Assembly (NCBI GenBank): GCA_963664825.1
Contig: OY761614.1
Coordinates: 3,392,001 to 3,456,000 of the forward strand
Reading direction: 5' to 3'
DNA: 64,000 nucleotides
From: an uncultured Holophaga sp.
GTDB lineage: Bacteria; Acidobacteriota; Holophagae; Holophagales; Holophagaceae
Below, piece by piece: positions 43,194 through 51,576 of the stretch. The notes under the pieces are model-generated. The model was not told the DNA's origin. It saw nothing but the letters and a program-made list of their open reading frames with translations, and searched no databases. A program made the translations under genes and the position numbers. How positions within the stretch are numbered: the first letter of the stretch is position 1; each line of letters opens with the position of its first letter.

Positions 43194-44391
43194 TGACGCT
43201 CCCAATCAGGGTGTAGATGGGCAGGAGGATGCTCATGGCCACGAATACGAGCACACCGGCCAGAACCACCAGGATGAGGGGCTCCAGGAGCTGGAAGAAG
43301 CGCTTGATGCCGCTTCTCACCTCGGCGTCGAAGTAGGTGCTCACCTTGCCGAGGGTGGCCTCCAGGTTGCCCGCCTCTTCGCCGATGGCCAGCATGCGCA
43401 CCACCAGGGCCGGGAAATAGCCCACGGAGGCCGCCATCACAGCCAGGCGCTCGCCGGCTTCCACCCCTTCGCGGATGCGCCGCACGCAGAGGCCCAGGCG
43501 CGCGTTGCCGGTGATCTCCTGGCATTCCCTCAGCACCTGGACGATGGGGATGCCCGCCCGGTACTGACCGGCGAAAAAGGTGGCGAAGCGGGAGAGGCCC
43601 ATGCGGGTGATGAGCGCGCCCAGCAGGGGCATGTGGAGCAGCCGGGTATCCCACCAGAGGCGGAAATCCGGTTTACGGAGGGCCACCTTCATCCCGAAAA
43701 ATCCGCCGACGCCCAGCGCCGCCACCAGCCATCCCCAGGTGGCGATGCCCTGCCCCAACAGGATGAAGATCCGCGTGGGCAGCGGCATGGGGACATTGAG
43801 CTCCTGGAGCATCTTGAGGATCACCGGCAGGGCGAAGGTGCTGACCACCAGCACCACCAGGCCCACCACCCCCAGCACGATCATGGGATAGGTGGCGGCC
43901 TGCTTGACCTGGCCGCTGAAGTCCTCCTCCCATTCCACCAGATGGATCACCTCCCGAATGGATTCGTCCAGACGGCCACTGCTTTCCCCGGCGCGGATCA
44001 TGCTCACCTGCAGCGGCTTGAAGAGGCTGGGATAGGTCCCCAGGGCGTCGGAGAGGGTCGACCCGCCTTCGATGCGCCGCCGGATATCCTGGATGGCGGC
44101 GTCCACCGCCGGATGTTCGGGCACGCGATAGTCCTCCAGGGCCGCCAGCAGGGGCACACCCGCCTCCACGTAGGATCCGAGGTGCATGAAGAAGGCGATG
44201 AGCTCCTTCCGCTTGACCTTGGGCCCCCGGAAACCCGAAGAGGTTCCAATCTCCTGGACCAGCTCGGCCTTCACCAGGAAAACCCCGGCCTGGGCCAGTT
44301 CCCGCGCCAGGGCAGCGGGCCCCTCGGCCACCTGGATGCCCCGGAGGCGCTTCCCGTCCGCGCCGCGAGCCTGGTAGGCGAAGGAGGGCAT
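43177..44391 (-). CDS. PilC/GspF/MshG platform protein
   Basis: AGVPLL, GESSGRLD, ATYP, IGEEAGNL, LLEP, ILLPIY. Confidence 0.93.
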   Translation of the reverse strand: MPSFAYQARGADGKRLRGIQVAEGPAALARELAQAGVFLVKAELVQEIGTSSGFRGPKVKRKELIAFFMHLGSYVEAGVPLLAALEDYRVPEHPAVDAAIQDIRRRIEGGSTLSDALGTYPSLFKPLQVSMIRAGESSGRLDESIREVIHLVEWEEDFSGQVKQAATYPMIVLGVVGLVVLVVSTFALPVILKMLQELNVPMPLPTRIFILLGQGIATWGWLVAALGVGGFFGMKVALRKPDFRLWWDTRLLHMPLLGALITRMGLSRFATFFAGQYRAGIPIVQVLRECQEITGNARLGLCVRRIREGVEAGERLAVMAASVGYFPALVVRMLAIGEEAGNLEATLGKVSTYFDAEVRSGIKRFFQLLEPLILVVLAGVLVFVAMSILLPIYTLIGSVNASAK

Positions 44392-46058
44392 CAGCCTTCC
44401 TCGGCCATGGTGGCCTGGAGGGATTCTTCGAGAGTGGTGAGGCCCTGCTGGGCCAGGGAGAGGGCGTGTTCGAAGAGGCTGGTCTTGCCTTCCTTCCGGG
44501 CCAGGGCCTCGATCTCGGCGAGGCCGGCCCCGGAGGCGATGAGTTCCCGGATGGAGGGGCTGACGAAGAGGAGATCGTGGATAGGACGACGGCCCCGGAT
44601 GCCCGTATGGCCGCAGAGTTCGCAGCCCTGCCCCTTTTCCCACGTGCCCACGCGCTGGTGGGGCTTGAGCCGGGCCAGGGATTCCGGGTCGGGCTCGTAG
44701 GGCTGGGAACAGGCCTGGCAGTTCACCCGCAGCAGCCGCTGGGCGAGAACGCCCTGGAGCGCCGCCGCCAGCTCAAGCCGGGAAAGGCCCATGTCCTGGA
44801 GCCGCGGCAGGCTGGCCACGGGATCGTTGGTATGGAGGGTGGAGAGCACCATGTGTCCGGTCATGGCCGCCCGCACGGCGATGGAGGCGGTCTCCCCGTC
44901 GCGAATCTCGCCGATGAGGATGATATCGGGGTCCTGGCGCAGGATGGAGCGCAGCCCGGCGGCGAAGGTGAGGCCCGATTTCACGTTCACCTGCACCTGA
45001 GTGATGAGGGGGAGTTCGTACTCGACGGGGTCCTCGATGGTCACGATGCAGCGATCGGAGCCATTGATGCTATTGAGGGCCGAATAGAGGGTGGTGGTCT
45101 TGCCGCTGCCCGTGGGCCCGGTCACCAAGATCACGCCATGGGGCCGGGTGAGCAGGGTGCGGAACTGGTTGAAGACCCATTCGGGCATGCCGAGCTGATC
45201 GAGGCCCAGCACGAGTTTGGTCTTATCCAAGAGGCGCAGCACCACCTTCTCGCCGTGGGTATTGGGCAGGAAGCTGGCGCGCACATCGAAGCGGCGCCTG
45301 CCGAAGGCGTACTGGAACTTGCCGTCCTGGGGCAGCCGGGTCTCGGCGATATTGACTTCGGCCAGGATCTTGAGTCGCGCCGTGACGGAAGCCTGCACGG
45401 CCTTGGGCAGCGAAGGCCCCTGCTGGAGGGTGCCATCCACCCGGAAGCGCGTGAGCACGGTGCGTTCCCCGGGCTGCACATGGAGATCGGTGGCGCGATC
45501 CCGGGCGGCCTTGAGCAGGAGCTGGTCCACGAGGCGCACCACGGGCAGCTCCGCCTGGGCGTCCTTGGCGTCCCCCACGGCGGCCTGGATGGCCTCCTCG
45601 ATGACTTCCTCGATGGACTTCCGTTCGCCGTAGGCCTCGTTGATCTTGGTCTGGATATCGTCCTCGGCGGCCCCCTTCACCTTCACTCGCAGGCGCGTCA
45701 GGCTCTCGATCTCGGAGATCGCATCGATATCGTAGATATTGCCCATGGCCACCAGCAGATCCCCATCCTCCCGGGATATGGGCAGCACCGAGAGGCGGCG
45801 GGCCACGGATTCGTGGACCAGGGCCAGCACCTCCGGATCGATCTCCAGCTCGGAGAGTTCCACATAGGAAACGCCACCCTGCTCGGCCAGCACGGCCGAA
45901 AGGGTCTGGGCCGTCAGGAGCCCCAGCTGGGTGAGGATCTCCCCCAGCATGGCCCCTGTGCGCTTCTGCTCGCGCACCGCCAGTTCCAGCTGGCGCTCGG
46001 TGAGGACGCCCCGTTCCACCAGGCGCTCGCCCAGCATTCTGCGGGGAGGTTCAGCCAT
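44391..46058 (-). CDS. PilB/GspE/MshE assembly ATPase with MshEN-like N-terminus
   Basis: ATDLH, RLPQDG, GPTGSGKTT, TIEDPVE, LRQDPD, GEIRD, STLHTN, CQAC..CELC. Confidence 0.95.
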   Translation of the reverse strand: MAEPPRRMLGERLVERGVLTERQLELAVREQKRTGAMLGEILTQLGLLTAQTLSAVLAEQGGVSYVELSELEIDPEVLALVHESVARRLSVLPISREDGDLLVAMGNIYDIDAISEIESLTRLRVKVKGAAEDDIQTKINEAYGERKSIEEVIEEAIQAAVGDAKDAQAELPVVRLVDQLLLKAARDRATDLHVQPGERTVLTRFRVDGTLQQGPSLPKAVQASVTARLKILAEVNIAETRLPQDGKFQYAFGRRRFDVRASFLPNTHGEKVVLRLLDKTKLVLGLDQLGMPEWVFNQFRTLLTRPHGVILVTGPTGSGKTTTLYSALNSINGSDRCIVTIEDPVEYELPLITQVQVNVKSGLTFAAGLRSILRQDPDIILIGEIRDGETASIAVRAAMTGHMVLSTLHTNDPVASLPRLQDMGLSRLELAAALQGVLAQRLLRVNCQACSQPYEPDPESLARLKPHQRVGTWEKGQGCELCGHTGIRGRRPIHDLLFVSPSIRELIASGAGLAEIEALARKEGKTSLFEHALSLAQQGLTTLEESLQATMAEEG

Positions 46059-46090
46059 CCAACGTCTCCTGAATATACTTCACGATACAA

Positions 46091-46117
46091 CAAAGGCCCG
46101 CGTCGCACGGGCCTTTG
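46091..46117 (-). terminator. Intrinsic terminator after the pilin gene
   Basis: caaaggcccg-cgtcgca-cgggcctttg, followed by tttgttgt on the minus strand. Confidence 0.7.
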
Positions 46118-46134
46118 AGACGAAGAGAGCGCCG

Positions 46135-46791
46135 TTAGTTCACGCGGACGACGATATCGTCCTGGGAGAGCGCCACATTGGCATTCCATCCCGTCGTGGC
46201 GATGGGGCCGAGGCCGCCGTTCCAATTGGCGGTCGCGATGGAACCGTCAGGCCCTGCGCAGAGCACATAGATGGGCAGGCTGCCCGTCTGGCCCGCGTTG
46301 TTGTAGCCCAGGATCAGATAGCGAAAGCCCCAGGGATCGAGTTTGGCGGTCACGTCCTGGGCCAGATAGGGGCCCTTGTAAGCGAATTCGCTTCCCACCG
46401 TCACACCCGCACCCGCCCCGAAGAAGAGGGCCTGGGTCTGGGCCACTGTGCCGGCGTAGGTGAACAGGTTGGTGAAGGTGTTGGCGGCCACTGATCCGGT
46501 CGCGTTGGTGGGGAATGAGACCAGGGTGGCAGGTCCCGAGGCCCAAACCTGGCCTGCGGCGGCGGTGGCGCCGTTGGGACCGTTCGCAGCGAAGGGCCGA
46601 CGGCCCGTGTCCTTGAGCTGGCTGGCGATGGCGCCTGCGATCACCTGGATATCGTTGCGGGCGCGGGCCACGCGGGCGTCATTGAGATTCTTGACCACCA
46701 GGGGCACGATGATGCCCGAGAGGATGGCTACGACCGCGATGGCCACAGCGGCCTCGATGAGGGTGAAGCCCTGAGTTTTGGTTCGAGTCAT
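46135..46791 (-). CDS. Probable major type IV pilin (GspG-like motifs)
   Basis: MTRTKTQG|FTLIE, hydrophobic helix, YKGPY, DPWGFRY. Has its own promoter and terminator. Confidence 0.88.
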   Translation of the reverse strand: MTRTKTQGFTLIEAAVAIAVVAILSGIIVPLVVKNLNDARVARARNDIQVIAGAIASQLKDTGRRPFAANGPNGATAAAGQVWASGPATLVSFPTNATGSVAANTFTNLFTYAGTVAQTQALFFGAGAGVTVGSEFAYKGPYLAQDVTAKLDPWGFRYLILGYNNAGQTGSLPIYVLCAGPDGSIATANWNGGLGPIATTGWNANVALSQDDIVVRVN

Positions 46792-46816
46792 GAAAGTGCC
46801 TCCGAGGGAGTGCCGA

Positions 46817-46833
46817 AGCAACATGGATACCAA
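46817..46833 (-). promoter_or_regulatory. Sigma54 -24/-12 promoter of the pilin
   Basis: Minus strand TTGGTATCCATGTTGCT (GG-N10-GC with TTGC), about 25 nt before the ATG, with a GGAGG RBS between. Confidence 0.7.
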
Positions 46834-46938
46834 AGGAATCGGCTCAAAGGGAGAATGCCTTGAGCCCAAGGTCCGGTTCCCGCCGGAGGCCCTGGATAAA
46901 TTTCCCTGCCCCAGCTACCATAATCCTTGCGATCCACC

Positions 46939-47013
46939 GCGGGCGTAGTTCAGTGGTAGAACGTCAGCTTCCCAAGCTGAATGTCGACGGTTCAATCCCG
47001 TTCGCCCGCTCCA
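46939..47013 (+). tRNA. tRNA-Gly (anticodon CCC)
   Basis: Cloverleaf: gcgggcg/cgcccgc acceptor stem, tcagc-ttCCCaa-gctga anticodon arm, GGTTCAATCC T arm, discriminator T and encoded CCA. Confidence 0.97.
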
Positions 47014-47019
47014 ATAGGC

Positions 47020-47041
47020 AAGGCCCCCTTTCGGGGGCCTT
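47020..47041 (+). terminator. Terminator after tRNA-Gly
   Basis: aaggcccc-ctttcg-ggggcctt hairpin. Confidence 0.7.
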
Positions 47042-47049
47042 CGACGTTT

Positions 47050-47227
47050 GGGCGAACGGGATTGAAATCGCTGAGAGGCTGGGGGGCTGGCTCGGACCTT
47101 CGGTCCTCGCCCCTACGGGGCCGCAATCCGTGGTCCTATCCTCCCTTCGCTGCGCTGTGGTCGGATGGTGACACCCCCGGACCAGTGGCCTGCCAGCGAT
47201 GCGCGCGGCGGAGGAATCCCCTTCGCC
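47050..47227. repeat. tRNA-linked palindromic element bounded by inverted and direct copies of the tRNA 3' half
   Basis: 47050-47066 is the exact reverse complement of tRNA 46991-47007. 47215-47227 matches 46994-47006 at 12 of 13 positions. Short hairpins lie between. Confidence 0.75.
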
Positions 47228-47247
47228 TTGATTCGGAACAAGGCAAC

Positions 47248-47877
47248 CTAGAAGCGAAGGCCAGCGTTCAGGGAGATCTGGGACTTGGGGTTGAGGTTCT
47301 GGGCAATGTCGAGTTCGGAAACCATCGCGGTCTCCTTCTTCGCCAGGGGCAGGTTGAATTCCACACCCAGGAAGGGCTTCATCTTGCCGGTCTGGAAGGT
47401 ATAGCCGCCGCGCAGGGAGAGCCAGGGGCGAGTGAGATCCTGGCCATACACCCCCCCCTTTCCCCCCTGCTCGACCTGAAGGGCATTGCCCTCGTGGCGC
47501 AGTTCCAGGGCGGCCCCGAAATCCACCACCTTGGTCCAGGCCAAGGAGAGACCCAGGCCCATGTATTCATGACGGTAATGGAGGCTCCCCTTGCCGCCGC
47601 CAAAGAGTTGGCCATCCACGAGCAGGTCCTGGCCACCGGTCTTGGGCATCCAGGTGCCCTCGAAGGCCAGACGGGCATCCCCCAGGGGTGAGAGGGTCAG
47701 AATGTCCTGGCTGTAGCGGAGGGCCAAGCCCTTGCTTTTGTCCACGGAGAGCACATCGCCCTCCGCGTTGACATCCCGGGAGGTAATCTGGCTGTAGAGG
47801 AGGCTGACGCTCCGCCCCTGGGCCATGGCCGGGAGAGCGCAAAGGGCGAGGGGGGCGAGGAATATTGCCTTTTTCAT
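47248..47877 (-). CDS. Outer-membrane beta-barrel protein
   Basis: Signal peptide (PAMA|Q), alternating amphipathic strands, C-terminal ..NAGLRF. Confidence 0.75.
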   Translation of the reverse strand: MKKAIFLAPLALCALPAMAQGRSVSLLYSQITSRDVNAEGDVLSVDKSKGLALRYSQDILTLSPLGDARLAFEGTWMPKTGGQDLLVDGQLFGGGKGSLHYRHEYMGLGLSLAWTKVVDFGAALELRHEGNALQVEQGGKGGVYGQDLTRPWLSLRGGYTFQTGKMKPFLGVEFNLPLAKKETAMVSELDIAQNLNPKSQISLNAGLRF

Positions 47878-48016
47878 TCTTTCTCCAAATTCCGCACTGC
47901 CGCGGTTCAATCAGACTAAGAAGGAACAGGCCCCGTCCCACAACCGGTTCCGGGATTTCCCGTCAACCAGTCAAAAAACGGGGTTCCTGTTTCATTCCGG
48001 ACCCGGCTCGGGGGCG

Positions 48017-48033
48017 CTGGCATCCCTTTCGCC
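48017..48033 (+). promoter_or_regulatory. Sigma54 -24/-12 promoter of the flhA operon
   Basis: CTGGCATCCCTTTCGC with GG at 48019-20 and GC at 48031-32, 22 nt before the ATG. Confidence 0.6.
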
Positions 48034-48054
48034 CTTTACCCGGCGGGTGTCAGA

Positions 48055-50148
48055 ATGCTGACCTTCTTGGATCGTCTATTGCCGTATTTTGCCCGCTTGT
48101 CCAAGCGGGTGGATCTGGCTGCGCCCATTTTCGTGGTCATCGTGATGATCGTGATGATCATGCCGGTGCCGGCCTGGGTGCTGGATCTCCTGATCGTCCT
48201 CAATATCACCCTTTCCCTGCTGATCCTCATGGTCGGCATGTACGTGGCCCGGCCCCAGGAGTTCAACGCCTACCCGTCGATCCTCCTCATGGTGACGCTC
48301 TTCCGCCTCAGCCTGAACGTGGCGGCCACCCGGCGCATCCTCCTCTTCGGGGGCGAGCAGGGAGCGGATGCCGCGGGCAACATGATCAAGGCCTTCGGCA
48401 ACTTCGTGGTGGGCGGCAGCTACATCATCGGCCTGGTGGTCTTCCTCATCCTGCTGGCCATCCAGTTCATCGTCATCAACCACGGCGCCGGGCGCATCGC
48501 CGAAGTGACGGCGCGCTTCACCCTGGACGCCATGCCCGGCAAACAGATGGCCATCGACGCAGATCTGAACGCGGGCTACATCGATGAGAACGAGGCCCGG
48601 AAGCGCCGCAAGGACCTGACCGAAGAGGCCAATTTCTATGGCGCCATGGATGGCGCCGTGAAGTTCACCCAGCGGGATTCCATCGCGGCGCTCCTCATCC
48701 TGGTGGTCAATATCATCGCCGGCATTCTCATCGGCATCGTCAAATACGATATGCCGGTGATGCAGGCCCTGCAGACCTTCACGCTCCTGACGGTAGGCGA
48801 CGGACTGGTGACGGCCATCCCCAGTCTGCTCATCAGCGTGGGCGGCGCCATTCTCACCACCCGCAGCGGCAGCGCTTCCCTCAATCTGGGCTCGGAAGTG
48901 GTGGGCCAATTGGGCGGATATCCCAAGCCCCTGGCCATCGCAGCGGTGGTGCTGATGCTCTTCGGCGCGGCTCCGGGCCTGCCCCTGGTGCCCTTCTGGT
49001 TCATGGGCCTGCTCTTCGGAATCATGGCCTACGCGGCCTGGAAGATGGGGGATCGCAGGAAGGCCGATAAGACCCTGGCGGAGGCCAAGGAGAAGCTCAA
49101 GCCCGCCGAGGGCCCGGAACGGGTGGAGACCCTCCTCAAGGTGGACCCCCTGGGACTGGAAGTCGGCTACGGGCTGATCCCCCTGCTGGACGCGGGCCAG
49201 GGCGGCACGGTGCTAGAACGCATCAAGGCCCTGCGCCGCCAGATGGCCCAGGAACTGGGCATCGTGGTGCCGCCCATCCGCATCCGCGATAACCTCCAGC
49301 TCCCGGCCAACACCTACCGCCTCCTCCTGCGGGGCGAAGAGGTGACCCGCGGGGAGATCCTCCCGGGCATGTTCCTGGCCATGAACCCCGGCACAGCCAC
49401 CGAAGAGATCGAGGGCACCTCCACCACCGAACCCGCCTTCGGCCTGCCTGCCTATTGGATCCAGGACAACCAGCGGGATCGCGCCCAGCTCCTGGGCTAC
49501 ACGGTAGTCGACGGCGCCACCGTGCTCACCACCCACCTTTCGGAAGTCATCAAGCAGCAGGCCCCAGAACTCCTGGGCCGCCCCGAAGTACAGAACCTGC
49601 TGGATGCCCTCAAGGAGCAGAGCCCCAAGCTGGTGGAGGAATTGGTGCCCAACGTGGTGCCCGTCACCTCTCTCCAGAAGGTGCTCCAGAACCTGCTCCG
49701 GGAGCGCGTCTCCGTCCGCGATCTGGGCCGCATCCTGGAAGCCGTCGCCGATGCCGCAGCCATCACCCGGGACCCGGTCATGCTCACGGAATACGTGCGC
49801 CAGCACCTGGGCCGCGCCCTCACCAGCCCGCACCTCAGCGAGCACAACGAGCTGGGCGTGCTGGTGCTGGATCCCCAGCTGGAGCAGACCCTCCAGGGGG
49901 GCATCGAATCCACGGACCGGGGGAGTTTCCTGGCCCTGGACCCCGCCCGCATCCAGGAGCTGCTCAACCGCATCGCCTCGGGCATCGCGAACCTGTTGCC
50001 CGGCGCTCAGCCCGTCATCCTCACCAACCCGGTGGTGCGCCCCCATCTGCGGCGCCTGCTGGAACGCACCCTGCCCCACCTCGTCGTGCTGAGCCACTCG
50101 GAGATCCCCACGGATGTGCGGGTGGTCAACCTCGGAACCGTGTCATGA
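48055..50148 (+). CDS. flhA: Flagellar export gate protein FlhA
   Basis: RIAEVTARFTLDAMPGKQMAIDADL, FYGAMDGA, GDGLV, LEVGYGLI. Confidence 0.97.
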   Translation: MLTFLDRLLPYFARLSKRVDLAAPIFVVIVMIVMIMPVPAWVLDLLIVLNITLSLLILMVGMYVARPQEFNAYPSILLMVTLFRLSLNVAATRRILLFGGEQGADAAGNMIKAFGNFVVGGSYIIGLVVFLILLAIQFIVINHGAGRIAEVTARFTLDAMPGKQMAIDADLNAGYIDENEARKRRKDLTEEANFYGAMDGAVKFTQRDSIAALLILVVNIIAGILIGIVKYDMPVMQALQTFTLLTVGDGLVTAIPSLLISVGGAILTTRSGSASLNLGSEVVGQLGGYPKPLAIAAVVLMLFGAAPGLPLVPFWFMGLLFGIMAYAAWKMGDRRKADKTLAEAKEKLKPAEGPERVETLLKVDPLGLEVGYGLIPLLDAGQGGTVLERIKALRRQMAQELGIVVPPIRIRDNLQLPANTYRLLLRGEEVTRGEILPGMFLAMNPGTATEEIEGTSTTEPAFGLPAYWIQDNQRDRAQLLGYTVVDGATVLTTHLSEVIKQQAPELLGRPEVQNLLDALKEQSPKLVEELVPNVVPVTSLQKVLQNLLRERVSVRDLGRILEAVADAAAITRDPVMLTEYVRQHLGRALTSPHLSEHNELGVLVLDPQLEQTLQGGIESTDRGSFLALDPARIQELLNRIASGIANLLPGAQPVILTNPVVRPHLRRLLERTLPHLVVLSHSEIPTDVRVVNLGTVS

Positions 50149-50161
50149 GCCTCGGTGAACT

Positions 50162-51448
50162 ATGCGCGTGAAGACCTTCGAAGCCGCCTCCATGCAGGAG
50201 GCCCTCACCGTCATCAAGCAGGAGATGGGCGAAGAGGCCTTCATCCTCTCCACCAAGACCAAGCAGGGGCGCGGCCCCCTGGGCCTGGGCGGCGAGGCAA
50301 TCATCGAGGTGACCGCAGCGGTGGATGACGCCGAACAGGCGCCCCTGCCCGTCAGCGGAGGCACCTACGGATTGCGGCCCCCCTTGGCCCACAGGCCTCC
50401 CGAGATGCCCCTCTCCGTCCGCACGGAGGCCAGGCCCGCAGTCGCCCCGCCCAAGGCCCCCCCGCCCCCCCCCATGGACCTGCAGCCCCTGAGGCGGGAG
50501 CTCCTGGAGATCAAGGGCGCCGTCGAGGCCCTGAAGGACCAGGAGACCCGGAACCTCACCATCCTGCGGGAGCTGGACCTGATGAAGGCGCTGCTCTCGC
50601 GCATCCAGCGCCAGGGCATGCCGGCCACCCAGATCCAGCTGCCCCCCAGCCTCCTGGAGCTCTACGGCGGCCTGGTGGCCAATGACGTGGACCCCATGAT
50701 CGCGTTGCGGCTCTGCGAATACACCCAGCGGGCCCTCACCGAGGAAGGCGACGCGGAGATCGTGGACCCCGAAAGGGCCCGGCTCTTCATGCGCCGGGTC
50801 ATCGCCAATTTCATCCCGGTGGCCTCCCCCATCCAGATCGAGCCCGGCAAGCTGCGGGTGGCCGCCCTGGTGGGCCCCACGGGGGTAGGCAAGACCACTA
50901 CCATCGCCAAGCTGGCGGCCTACGCCAAGCTGGAGCTCAAGCAGAAGGTGGCCCTCCTCACCCTGGATACCTTCCGCCTGGGCGCCGTGGACCAGTTGCA
51001 GCAGTACGCCCAGATCCTGCAGGTGCCCATGCATGTGGCGCTGACGGTGGAGGATCTGCGTTCAGCCCTGCGCTTCTACCAGGACCGCACCCTGGTGCTC
51101 ATCGATACCCCCGGCCACAACCCCAAGGACACCGAGGTGCTCGATCAGCTCCGGCACTTCCTGGAGGAGCTGCCGGACGTGGAGACCCACCTCGTGCTCT
51201 CGGCCACCACCAAGCCCAAGGATCTCTCGGATATCGCCTTGCGCTTCGAGCCCCTCAAGCCGAGCCGCCTCATCTTCACCAAGCTCGATGAGACCTCCAC
51301 CTACGGGCCCATTCTGTCGACCCTGGTGCGGGTGAAGCGCCCCCTCTCGTATCTCGGCACCGGCCAGGAAGTGCCCCAGGATCTGGAACTGGCCACCAGC
51401 CGCCGGGTGGCGGATCTCATCCTTCCCATTCCGCAGGTACTCGCATGA
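50162..51448 (+). CDS. flhF: SRP-family GTPase FlhF
   Basis: MRVKTFEA, GPTGVGKTTTIAKLAA, DTFR, DTPG, TKLDET, GQEVPQD. Confidence 0.96.
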   Translation: MRVKTFEAASMQEALTVIKQEMGEEAFILSTKTKQGRGPLGLGGEAIIEVTAAVDDAEQAPLPVSGGTYGLRPPLAHRPPEMPLSVRTEARPAVAPPKAPPPPPMDLQPLRRELLEIKGAVEALKDQETRNLTILRELDLMKALLSRIQRQGMPATQIQLPPSLLELYGGLVANDVDPMIALRLCEYTQRALTEEGDAEIVDPERARLFMRRVIANFIPVASPIQIEPGKLRVAALVGPTGVGKTTTIAKLAAYAKLELKQKVALLTLDTFRLGAVDQLQQYAQILQVPMHVALTVEDLRSALRFYQDRTLVLIDTPGHNPKDTEVLDQLRHFLEELPDVETHLVLSATTKPKDLSDIALRFEPLKPSRLIFTKLDETSTYGPILSTLVRVKRPLSYLGTGQEVPQDLELATSRRVADLILPIPQVLA

Positions 51449-51576
51449 TCACCGTGCCCCCCTTCCCCATCGCTCAGGAATCACTCCCCGGTGATTCCCT
51501 CCTCGCCGGGGGACCCGACTCCACGGAGTCCGCCGGACTCCGCTCCGTCACCCGGCGGTCGGGAGGTGCCGCATGA
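51445..51576 (+). CDS. Candidate 43-aa micro-ORF coupling flhF and flhG
   Basis: MITVPPFPIAQESLPGDSLLAGGPDSTESAGLRSVTRRSGGAA*. ATGA overlaps with both the flhF stop and the flhG start. Confidence 0.45.
   Translation: MITVPPFPIAQESLPGDSLLAGGPDSTESAGLRSVTRRSGGAA

Noticed and set aside
46939..47250. Prophage or genomic island integrated at tRNA-Gly
   Set aside because: There is no integrase or cargo; the tRNA-derived repeats enclose only about 150 bp.
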